Source: Octopus sinensis (Eukaryota). From it: 64,000 nt of DNA. The translations under genes were made by a program, and so were the position numbers. The notes under the pieces were generated by a model. The model was not told the origin of the DNA and did not search any database. It saw nothing but the letters and a program-made list of their open reading frames with translations. The DNA lies in assembly GCF_006345805.1 (NCBI RefSeq), contig NC_043000.1, positions 30,504,001 through 30,568,000 of the forward strand, given 5' to 3'. Positions 1 to 10,694 of the stretch are shown here, piece by piece (position 1 is the stretch's first letter; the number at the start of each line of letters is the position of its first letter).

Positions 1-904
1 ATTGCAGTTTTACACAATTCGAAATTATTGACTTTTACCCGTCAATATCTAGGACGTTACTCCTAAGGGCATTGGACTTCGCCAAGCAGTATGTCAGCAT
101 CGATAGCTCGGAAATTGATATTATTTTTCATTATCGTATATTTTTCATTATTGCACTCACCATTTTTTTTAAAAATCAATGTTGTCAAAAATTAGAATTT
201 TGATGTAAATATGTGTATAGCCATGGATTTGTATTTGTAAGCATGCGTCTCTGTGTATGTGTAAGTGAGCGTATGCTTGTGCTTAAGCACACACATACAC
301 GACTGTATGTGTATGTATCAATTTGAACTTGTGTGTTTGAATACTTGTCTCTCTATATATGTCAATAACGTGGTTACACAGCTTGTATACATAATTTTTC
401 TTATTTCGTTTTTTCCCCCACCCCTCCTTTTTCTTTTTTCCTTCCCCTTCTTCGTTCCTTCCTCTCTCTCTTTCTTTCTTTCGTTTTTTTCTCTAACTGA
501 TACTGGTGCATACAACTTTACGTCCCCCTCACTTACTTATGTCTTAAGCTTTGCTCCGTAAATAAGGAACGCTACATTAGCATCCATGATTTTAACTTGC
601 GTGCGAGATAGATTGCGTATACATATGTATGCATGCATTTGTGTGTATATTTTATATTTATATTTATACGTCTGTATATGTATGGTGTTTGCACGCATCC
701 TTCTGTGTATGTTGATAAATATATATGTACACTTTAATATGAATATGTATTGCAGTGTAATATTTATAATGCATTTTAATTTCCATGTATTAATTATATT
801 TCCTTCATTAATGTCAATATGTATTTTATTCAATGTAAGGTTTTTCCTCGAATTTTATAATTTTTATAATTTTTTTTATATATATTTACATATATATTTT
901 TGAG

Positions 905-1165
905 CTCTTTTTTTTGTTTATCGCTCGAAGATTGACCGTTATTTCTAAAGGGCCAATCAAACAAGTCCATTTTTTAAAGGTGTAGCGTTTGTAAGAGTCT
1001 GGATTGAATTGATATATCGGTTTCATTCTAACAAAAACTGTCTGATGAACGGCAACGAGAAACTCAGAGTAACAGATTTTGTTGAATTTTCTGCTGCTTT
1101 AAATAAAGCATATTACTCTACCACTGGTATTTGAGTACTCTTTTTTTCCACCTTGTTTCACATTT
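905..1165 (+). mobile_element. Short non-coding repeat, probably Penelope-like element (PLE) terminal-repeat derived, carrying an HHR
   Basis: Non-coding block between AT tracts; contains the HHR at 1038-1075 followed by AATAAA. PLE assignment inferred from known PLE-HHR association. Confidence 0.5.
1038..1075 (+). ncRNA. Minimal type I hammerhead ribozyme
   Basis: CTGT-CTGATGA-A-CG-GCAA-CG-A-GAAA-CTC-A-GAG-TA-ACAG. Helix I CTGT/ACAG, both core boxes, GNRA-capped helix II, near-palindromic helix III, GUA site (cut after 1071). Confidence 0.7.
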
Positions 1166-1207
1166 ATGTGTCTACTCCGGTATATATATATATATATATA
1201 TATATAC

Positions 1208-1258
<51 letters not shown>

Positions 1259-1655
1259 CGTGTATATGCATCTATATTAGTTTTTGTATATCTATGTGTG
1301 TGTATATATATATATTTATATAATTATATATGTATATATATATGTATATATATCTATTGATCTATATATAAATACATATGTATGTATGTATATATAAAAG
1401 AGAGAGAAGGAGGAAGACCAAAAGAAACAGCAGAGAATGAGAGTGAGAGTATGTGTGAGAGAGAGTGAGATAATGAGAAAGAAAGCTGGAGAGGGGTTAG
1501 ATCAGAAATTAATCGGGTAAACGAAGCGAAGTAATATTTGAATTTTTTGATATAATTTTTCAGATATTTACTGAAGGAGAATAAGTACATTTATGTAAAT
1601 GAAGACGTGCGGTAGAGACATACATAAATACATACACTTACATGCGTATACACAC

Positions 1656-1695
<40 letters not shown>

Positions 1696-1805
1696 TGATA
1701 CATAGACTTATTTTAATATGTATATTAGGAGAATAGGCGTAATTATATAAATCAAGAAACGCAGTATGAGCAAGCACAAGCATATACGTATACATGTACA
1801 CGTGA

Positions 1806-2023
1806 TCTTTTACTTTTATTTGTTACAGTTATGTGACTGTGGTGAGGCTGCAGCCCTGCATTTACGTGAGCAAATAGACCCTGGGACTTATTGTTTGTAA
1901 GCCTAGTACTTATTCTACCGCGTCTTTTATCGAAACGCTATGTTACGAGGACGTAAACACACCAGCATCGATTGTCAAGCGACGGTAGAGGGGAACATCA
2001 CAGACACACAAACACATACATAT

Positions 2024-2064
<41 letters not shown>

Positions 2065-2221
2065 TATATATATATACATACGACGGGCTTCTTTCAGTTT
2101 CCGTCTGCCAAATTCACTCAAAAGGCTTTGGTCAGCCCGAGGCCATTGTAGAAAACACTTGCCGAAGGTGCTACGCAGTGGGATGGAAAGCGGCACTACG
2201 TGGCTTGTATGCAAGTTTCTT
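1806..2221 (-). mobile_element. SINE family A (tRNA-derived, CORE-like), body; its head is displaced to 4660-4716
   Basis: Matches fuller copies at 18617, 30162 and 49160; internal (TA)n. Confidence 0.85.
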
Positions 2222-4663
2222 TATTTCATTACATTTGCCATAAAGGCAGTACATAGAGTAAAGTAGGTTTGCGGGCTGGACGAGGACATTAATGAAATGA
2301 ATGATAATGAAAGAAAGATGATAAGGATGGGAGAAGACAAAAAGCGCCCGCCGACTTCTGCTTCTCTAAAACATTGTTCTTTAAAACCAAACACAAAACG
2401 AGGTATTAAACCTCTCACAACTTTTACAACTTTTCAATTTTTGGACTTAACTGTCCATTACAAACAACAACATAGTTCAATAATTACATATAATATAAAT
2501 ACAATACACAAAGCCCCTCCTCCCAGACCTGGCCTACACTTCCCTTAGGAATACGCCAGCTCTACGTCGGGGCCCCTCAAGTCGTATCTAAACATGTCCT
2601 ATCAAACATAAAAAATACATTATCACTTCTCCCTTCCTCCTCTTTCCGGACCCAGTCAAATATCTAGCCGCCTGCAGAGCAGACCACGTTGACAGCCGGG
2701 GAGTTCAGAAAGAAAGCGAAGTGCCTATTATCAAATGTTTGTGTCACACAGTGCCACAATTTATGACTCATCCTCAAAATAACTTGTGCGCGAATCTTCT
2801 GCCATCCTCCACGCCTCTTCCAAAACCGCATCGAGTTCCGTGTTAGCGTTGCCCGGGTACAAGCGATATTCCTCATTGAGCTCCTCCAGCTCAAATGTCA
2901 CGTCGAACGTCGTGGCCTCCACAGCTATCTGCGGAGGCCATTCGGGGTCCTGTGTGAAGGCTGAAGGTGCTCCCTTATGGTGCTTTTCCATCACCTTTTC
3001 AATCTCTCCGGCTCTATGGAAGATCAATACATCGTCTTTTCCCGGGGGCGGAATATTCAATTCTTTCATTGGCGGCACATTTCCCGCCAACGGTGTTTCT
3101 TCTCCTGTCGGTGGTACAACCCCAACCGACGTAGTTCCGGTACATTCCGGTACTATGTCACCGACTGCCGGCAATGTCCCGTTTCTCTTCCTCTTCCTCA
3201 TTTTTTTCTTTTCAACTGAGGGAGGATGCGTCTCTTCCGTGGCCGGAAGATTCGCCTTTCCCTCCTCATCCCTAGGATCCTTTGGTGAGCACCCATTGTT
3301 GCTCACCTTCTTCCAATTTCGGCCCCTATTTTAGGAGTCCTCCGCTTCCTCGGCCGTCTTCATTCCCTCTGTTACAGGGGTCACACTTAACTGCCCCGGG
3401 ATCTTATTTTGTTCCCGGGGACAGTTTTTCTTTATATGGCCGGACTCCAGGCACCGATGACACCTGGGGGAGCGACCCTCAAGTATCACCGGGTACCTGC
3501 ACCCGGCCATTTTCAAAAAATCTGGAAAAACCAGATTGGCTGATTGAGTCCAAAGGGTCAAAATTGCTTTTGACCCAACCCAAACAGCCGCAGGAAGAAC
3601 TTTCACATTAAGAAGCTTGGTCCCGCTACCACCCAAACCCCGGCGGGAAGTCTCCTCTATCTATTCGGGTTTTATTCCGGGTGGCAGCCCGCAGATCCAA
3701 GCTTTCGCCAACCTCTTCTCATGATACGTGGGAAGAAATAAAATTTCCTTACCCTCCAGGGGTTGACTAACAAATTTGCGAGCCTCTTCAGGGGTGTCAA
3801 ATAGCAACCACACCGTTGCACATCTGACACCCCTGGAAATGAATTTAATTGTTGGCAAATACTCTGCCAACTCCTTTTCAATTGCCGTCTTTTTGAATAG
3901 GGCGATGGTGTCGAGTGCCTTGGAGTAGGTTCTCAACACCACCGTCCTATCTTCACGGTCTTTTAACCACTTTTTAGGCGGTATGATCTCCCATTCCAAA
4001 ATTTTGTCATTTTTTATTGCCATGTTTCTTTTTTTTTTTGAAATTTATTCAAAATAAAACTTAAAAAGCGAGAAGAAAAAAGAAATCAAAAGAAAGTCAC
4101 AATAAACAAAAAGGAGAAAGTCAAATAAAGTTTAGAAGAAAGTCAATAGTTCAGGAACACAGCAAAAAAATCTTCCCGTCATTCGGTACTCCCGGCCTAG
4201 GTTGAACCCGGAACGCCACAACTGGAACACAACTTCCGCAAAAATTGATATACAAATTGTTCAATCTTCGGAGGCAAAACACTCCCCCATACAGCAGTTC
4301 TCACAATTATTAAAGTTCTTCAAAAGGCACAATACAAGCAATAATTTTCATAATTAAGTGAGAAAAATATTCACTCAACGTAAACCGAAGACGAGGATAC
4401 GCCCCAGCAAAAATGAATCCAATAAATTCTTAATACACAAAAACAGCAGCCGCCGAGAGCAGGCGAAATTGTCCCAGAGCTGGGCACAATTTACTGAAAA
4501 AATGATTCGCACGTAATAAATTATGCCCAGCTCACAACAAACAAAATCACCTACCTCGACAACCTTCTCTGTTTTTGTTATTTTTTTCTTTTTAGGACGG
4601 AGCTCAAAGCTCACGTCCTCATCGTTCAGTGTCAAGAAGTCAACTCCACGACCGGAACCGGAA
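2222..4663 (-). mobile_element. Tx1/L1-like non-LTR element with ORF1 only (no endonuclease/RT)
   Basis: Gag-like ORF1, about 540-nt 3' UTR ending in AATAAA, 11-nt near-direct repeat at the junctions (2211-2221 vs 4664-4674). Confidence 0.65.
2761..4023 (-). pseudogene. ORF1 (gag-like) protein with CCHC zinc knuckle, ~420 codons, two in-frame stops
   Basis: ORFs 3661-4023, 3331-3636 and 2761-3306 share one frame, split only by TAG (3661-3663) and TAA (3331-3333); CHRCLESGHIKKNC = CX2CX4HX4C. Confidence 0.8.
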
Positions 4664-4716
4664 GCAAGCTTCTTGCCACACAGCTACTCCTGCGTTTCAC
4701 AGTCACTCCTGCGCCT
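4660..4716 (-). mobile_element. SINE family A 5' head (partly duplicated)
   Basis: Minus strand AGGCGCAGGAGTGACTGTGAAA-CGCAGGAGTAGCTGTGTGGCAAGAAGCTTGC. Confidence 0.75.
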
Positions 4717-4831
4717 ATATATGTGAATATATATTTTTGTGTGCTTGTGTGCTCGAGTTAATAATTATGTATATATATATATGGCGATAGATAGATAGAT
4801 AGAAACATACATACATACATACATACATACA

Positions 4832-4865
<34 letters not shown>

Positions 4866-5241
4866 CATACATACAGACACATGTATACATTGTATCTGTA
4901 GGGATGACATATATAGACATCATTTAAAGTATCTCAGTTCATACAAGTCGGGCCAGTTAGTAGAATATTTAACTAGCGCCTACTTATCTCAAGTTTTAAT
5001 ACATAAATCTAGTTTATATTAGCGTGTTACACTTAACATTTCAAAGTTAACACTTGATATCACAATGCACACAGACAGACCATCATGCATTATACACACA
5101 TAACCTAACCCATATACATGGCTACGTATTTACATACGAATTTATATATATGTATGTATATATATATATAATAAATATATATATATATATATACATACAT
5201 ATATATACATATATACATATATATATATATATATTATACAT

Positions 5242-5292
<51 letters not shown>

Positions 5293-5306
5293 ATATCCAA
5301 AGGTAG

Positions 5307-5393
5307 TGTAGTACAATCGTTTCATGCTACTTTATTTAATTAAACAACGTAGTATTACATCCGTTTTAATATTTAGACCACTCATCAGCCACA
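5307..5393 (-). ncRNA. Type I hammerhead ribozyme, long helix II region
   Basis: TGTGG-CTGATGA-GTG...CAT-GAAA-CGATTG-TA-CTACA; 5-bp helix I, GUA site. Confidence 0.7.
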
Positions 5394-5437
5394 AATGGAA
5401 TATTTTTTTAATTTAATTGACAATGTTCAGTTCTATA

Positions 5438-5525
5438 TGTGGCTGATGAGTGCTCTACATTTTACAACTGATGAAATACTTACATTCTTTAATTAAATGA
5501 AGTAGCGTGAAACGATTGTACTAAC
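5438..5525 (+). ncRNA. Type I hammerhead ribozyme, long helix II region
   Basis: TGTGG-CTGATGA-GTGC...GCGT-GAAA-CGATTG-TA-CTAAC; helix I reduced to 3 bp. Confidence 0.6.
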
Positions 5526-5717
5526 TACCTTTGGATATCCTTGTAGCTTATTTTGATTATAATCACCCCATTTTTTTGATATGAATAATACCATACCAAA
5601 TTCTGGTGCCTTTAACTTAAGTACCATATTCATCTGAATCTAAATTTTTGCTGAACTTAAAATATACACACACACACCACACACACACACACACACATAT
5701 ATATTTATATTATATAT

Positions 5718-5752
<35 letters not shown>

Positions 5753-5922
5753 GCATGTATATTTATATATGTGTACTAACACCAATTGTTAAATGATTGG
5801 GTGCATCTATCTATCTATTTATCTATCATTCTATATATGGCTATATACATACATATGTGTATGAGTGTGTGTGTGTGTGCATATGTATGTGTGCGTGTGT
5901 GTATCAACATACCTGAATATAT

Positions 5923-5981
<59 letters not shown>

Positions 5982-5982
5982 C

Positions 5983-6015
<33 letters not shown>

Positions 6016-6416
6016 TTACGTATATAGTTTCCCTTTTTGTGATCTGCGATTTTATTTTAGATCTTCTATGTATAAGAGGATATTTCCTCAGTGTGGTAAT
6101 TTTTCTCTCTACAAAACAGTAAGTTAGATTGCGGAACAGCTGTTTTAAAGAGTTGTATGTATTTATTTATTTATCACCCGACGAGATACATCTGCACCAC
6201 TGGATGCTCGTAAACAAGTTGTTCTGTGTCCCAGCCAAGAGGAATCGATGCTAGATGTGTCGAAACAATTGTCCTGATTAAGAGTATATTCTCGTATATT
6301 CCATTTTCTGCCTATCATTTGCTATATATACTTATACATACATACATATACACACATACATACATACATACACATACATACATACATACATACATACATA
6401 CATACATACAACATGC

Positions 6417-6456
<40 letters not shown>

Positions 6457-6505
6457 TCTACTCTCTATATATATTATTATATATATATATATATATATAA
6501 TATCT

Positions 6506-6557
<52 letters not shown>

Positions 6558-7447
6558 CCTAAAGAGGCGCGGTATGGTCATACATGTGTATTTTGTGGAT
6601 ATTCGTATGGCTGGTTGTACTTTGGCCAGAAACAGAGATACATAATAATGGAGATGTAAAAATTTTCAAATTACTCTGAATATTTATACATAGATATAAG
6701 TATATACATACGTATATATAAACTATAGGATTGTATTCATGTCTATGTACACGATATAATTTATTCCTCAAAAATTTGCGAATTTGATTTTCTCATATGT
6801 GGCGCAAAATATATATTTTAGAAAGAGAAAAGAAAATTATATGTATGTGATCAGAAACATGAGTCATATAATAAATATTACGAAGGTATACATTCTGATT
6901 TTTAGATATTATACATGGGAAAGTATTCAATATATGTAAAATGGAATATCTTCATTTTAATCTTTACGTTGCAAATAATTTACATTTTTATTCCTGCCTT
7001 TGATTATTCCAGTTGTTCCAATTTTTACCAATTTTTTTTTACATATATATAATTTTTCCAGTTAAATATTTCTATTTTTTTTCACTTCAGTTTGCAGGTA
7101 ACGCTTATGGAAGGCTAAGGCGTAGCAGCATATAAATATTAGCATCTGTACAAGATTAGCTGCACACACACATACATTTTGTTGTTTCTAGGGAGATACT
7201 TCATGCCAATATTATTAACACACGCACTACACAATATTATTAATACATAAAAAAACGAAATATATAAATTACAAATTAGTACGAAGCGTAAGGATGCAGA
7301 AATCATCAACATGCTAGAAATAAGAGCTAGAGTCTTAATTAAACCACCATAAATTACCAAGATAACAGAGTAATAACAGTAGGCGAAGAAACGGAAAGAA
7401 TTCATACATTCAAATGTACAACTATGAAAGATTGTGCAGTTTAGGAC

Positions 7448-7507
7448 ATCCACATATCCGAGTTTCGGCTTTTGGAACTGCAATCCTTGAGTCTCTTCAG
7501 TGTTGAC
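7448..7507 (-). ncRNA. Decayed type I hammerhead in a PLE-like repeat (~7140-7510)
   Basis: ACA-CTGAAGA-GACT...AGCC-GAAA-CTCGGA-TA-TGT; helix III disrupted. Confidence 0.5.
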
Positions 7508-7616
7508 TACCTAGTAAAAAATCACGACCGTCACGTCGTATTCTGTTATTGTACTGGTTTTGTTTTGCGCCAAAAACACAGCACATGGTGTAGAAATATA
7601 TATATATATATACAAG

Positions 7617-8040
7617 ATAAGAAAATGGAGAAATACATCTAAATCAAATATCAATTACCAGATAATACTCAATCACATACTTTATTAAACCACCACATAA
7701 GAGACTGTAGGGTTAAATATAAAAAGCAGAACAGACCAACCATAAAGGGCTAATATTGGTCAAATGAGACATACTTATCTACATGGCCGAAACAGCTGTA
7801 AGATGTAATCTATACTTATATTTATATTTACTTATATTTCTTATTTATATATATTCTACTTATTATACAACATTACCCTTTTATGTACACTTTTTTATGT
7901 ACATTCCTTTATGTACACTGTCTTGTTCTGCTTTTTATATTTAACCCTACAGTCTCTTATGTGGTGGTTTAATAAAGTATGTGATTGAGTATTATCTGGT
8001 AATTGATATTTGATTTAGATGTATTTCTCCATTTTCTTAT
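7617..8040. repeat. Perfect 117-bp inverted repeat (7617-7733 / 7924-8040), 190-bp spacer
   Basis: Arms read as exact reverse complements; spacer holds an HHR 3' half (GGCC-GAAA-CAGCTG-TA-AGAT). Confidence 0.9.
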
Positions 8041-8061
8041 TTTGTATTAGTAATTTGTGGT

Positions 8062-8161
8062 NNNNNNNNNNNNNNNNNNNNNNNNNNNNNNNNNNNNNNN
8101 NNNNNNNNNNNNNNNNNNNNNNNNNNNNNNNNNNNNNNNNNNNNNNNNNNNNNNNNNNNNN
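8062..8161. other. Assembly gap (100 N)
   Basis: Run of 100 N, a standard unsized-gap placeholder. Confidence 0.99.
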
Positions 8162-8312
8162 GAAGAAGAAGAAGAAGAAGAAAAAGAAGAAGAAGAAGAA
8201 GAAGAAGAAAAAGAAGAAGAAGAAGAAGAAGAAGGAGGAGGAGGAGGAGGAAAGAAGAAGAAGAAGAAGGAGGAGGTAGGAGGAGGGGGGGAGAGAAAAG
8301 AAGAAGAAGAAG
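8162..8312 (+). repeat. (GAA)n/(GGA)n polypurine tract
   Basis: Directly visible. Confidence 0.95.
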
Positions 8313-8688
8313 ATCTACATTTCGATCGAAATTTATTCAATTTATTTAAGAACATAAGACAACTCATGTGCTTTTGCGAGCGTACATGTGCGTCTGTTGC
8401 GCTGCTTGAGCGCTTTTATCTTTATGTGTGGCATATGAGTTTGTGTGCGTGTGTGATTGTATCAGAAAGAGAGGGGGGGGAGAAAAGAATGGAGAGAATT
8501 AGGGTAACCAAATTACCAGTAAGTCACACAGACTCACTTATGCATACAAAATATATTTCCATGCAAAAAAACATGCCAACGTTTATCTTCTATCTTTACA
8601 CAGCAGCGACATCAGTGAAATTTTACAATTTACACCAGTACATCCAACGTGCCGTATATATATATATATTATATATATATAATATATG

Positions 8689-8724
<36 letters not shown>

Positions 8725-8870
8725 AGAAAGAGGGGGGGATAGATAGATAGATAGATAGATAGATAGAGATACATACATTCATAGACAAATAGATGGATAA
8801 ATAGACCAATAGAATGAGATGAGATATATGTACACACACACACATGTTTATATTATATCCGTATATGTAT

Positions 8871-8910
<40 letters not shown>

Positions 8911-9199
8911 CGGTGATACGGTATATCTGGGGGTTTTTCAACTTTTGAATATTTTCGTCATTGGTACGAGATTATTCGTCGTCACTAGTACGGGGTTTTA
9001 GGATTTCTGTTCATTTAGCCGCTTTCATATTTGTGTTGAATTGAAAATTTGTGATCTTGTACTTTTGACTGCTATACTTAGCATGCCGGTACTACTTGTT
9101 AGCACCCTTAATTATTAATGATAATCCTTTAACCATTATGAGTTTTTAACGCATGCTAAGCCACTGATATTAATTATAAACAATATTACCCTATGTATA

Positions 9200-9395
9200 T
9201 ATCGGTAGCCACTACACACATTTTTTTCTCTTCTTGTTTCTCTCCTTGTTTTTTTCTGTGTCCCTTTCTGTAGAAGAGCGTAGACTCGAAACGTAAAAGA
9301 CTTTTTCAATTCCTGAGCGTTATACTAATACATCTGTCTGTTTTCTACACCACCTCTCTTCGTTTTTTTTTGTTTTTTTTTTTGAACTCTCGCCA
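9200..9395 (+). mobile_element. PLE-like short repeat with variant HHR (CTGTAGA core, 9264-9299); relatives at ~20750-20905 (+), 33600-33690, 35224-35345, 36421-36510, 38025-38165 (-)
   Basis: CTTT-CTGTAGA-A-GAGC-GTAG-ACTC-GAAA-CG-TA-AAAG, followed by GAGCGTTATACTAATACATCTG shared among copies. Confidence 0.6.
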
Positions 9396-9652
9396 TATAT
9401 ATATATATATATATATATATTTAATCAATAGGGTGGCAAAAAATTTGTAGAATTTTTTTTTTTTTTTTTTTTTTTTGCCACCAGCGGCCTAGTGGGAAAA
9501 ATTAAATAGTCATAGACCATTTTTAAGTTCACATCACAATCAAGGAACGGCCATAATAGGCCATTCACCCACTAGAAATAACAGCCAAAAGCTTCAACCG
9601 CAAAATAACATCAATTCCGTAAACCAGGAGAAATTAAAAAACATTACCTGTA

Positions 9653-9758
9653 ATTTCTTATACGATGCACCGTTTCATCTACTGTTTAATGGTAAACTAA
9701 CCTGATTAAATTAAATCAAGCCAATCTACCATAGGCCCTTAGATCATCAGTAAGAAAT
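9653..9758 (-). ncRNA. Type I hammerhead ribozyme with extended helix II (copy 1)
   Basis: ATTTCTTA-CTGATGA-TCTA...TAGA-T-GAAA-CGGTGCATCG-TA-TAAGAAAT. 8-bp helix I, 19-bp distal hairpin, GUA site (cut between 9661 and 9660). Confidence 0.85.
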
Positions 9759-10149
9759 AGCCAAGTCGGAACAGATATTTTCACGAGGCATTCCCGTCCC
9801 TGCCTCGGCAATATCTGACCTAAAATTTCAAATCATCGCACTCGCGCCAAATTTATCGGCAGCAAATAAATAGAGGCCGCCGATTCCATTACGGAATTAA
9901 CCAGAAAATTCATATTAATCAATATAGGGTGGCAAAAAATTTGTAGAATTTTTTTTTTTTTTTTTTTTTTGCCACCAGCGGCCTAGTGGGAAAAAATTAA
10001 ATAGTCATAGACCATTTTTAAGTTCACATCACAATCAAGGAACGGCCATAATAGGCCATTCACCCACTAGAAATAACAGCCAAAGCTTCAAACGCAAAAT
10101 AACATCAATTCCGTAAACCAGGAGAAAATTAAAAAACATTTACCCTGTA

Positions 10150-10258
10150 ATTTCTTATACGATGCACCGTTTCATCATCTATGTTTAATGGTAAACTAAC
10201 CTGATTAAATTAAATCAAGCCAATCTACCATAGGCCCTTAGATTCATCAGTAAGAAAT
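10150..10258 (-). ncRNA. Type I hammerhead ribozyme with extended helix II (copy 2)
   Basis: Same fold; CTGATGA-ATCTA...TAGAT-GAT-GAAA (3-nt duplication before GAAA). Confidence 0.75.
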
Positions 10259-10608
10259 AGCCAAGTCGGAACAGATATTTTTCACGAGGCATTCCCGTCC
10301 CTGCCTCGGCAATATCTGACCTAAAATTTTCAAATCATCGCACTCGCGCCAAATTTATCGGCAGCAAATAAATATAAGCGCCGATTCCATTACGGAATTA
10401 ACCAGAAAATTCATAATTAATCAATATAGGGTGGCAAAATTTCGTAGAATTTTTTTTTTTTTTTTTTTTTTTGCCACCAGCGCCTAGTGGGAAAAAATTA
10501 AATAGTCATAGACCATTTTTAAGTTCAACATCACAATCAAGGAACGCATAATAGGCCATTCACCCCCTAGAAATAACAGCCAAAAGCTTCAACCGCAAAT
10601 ATCAATTG

Positions 10609-10694
<86 letters not shown>

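Larger units (their letters stand above)
5289..5542. repeat. 254-bp imperfect palindrome of two head-to-head HHR-bearing arms
   Basis: AAGGATATCCAAAGGTAG... / ...CTACCTTTGGATATCCTT; inner arms CACTCATCAGCCACA / TGTGGCTGATGAGTG. Confidence 0.9.
9421..10606 (-). repeat. Tandem array of a ~497-bp HHR-containing monomer (2.4 units), retrozyme-like
   Basis: Units start at 9421, 9915 and 10417; flanked by (TA)n; one HHR per full unit. Confidence 0.9.

Noticed and set aside
4375-4635. Minus ORF in the same frame as ORF1
   Set aside because: Separated from ORF1 by several stops and a T-rich stretch; treated as 5' UTR or uORF.
6232-6276. HHR-like CAG-CCAAGA-GGA...TC-GAAA-CAATTG-TC-CTG
   Set aside because: First core box too damaged; probably a dead relic, not counted.
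9478-9495. CTCF-like GCCACCAGCGGCC in the tandem unit
   Set aside because: One base short of the consensus spacing and explained by the hairpin arm.
9421-10606. Alternative reading as a Helentron/MITE array, or as an ambisense (both-strand) ribozyme unit
   Set aside because: No Helitron-type termini seen and the HHR explains the unit better; no plus-strand HHR core found.
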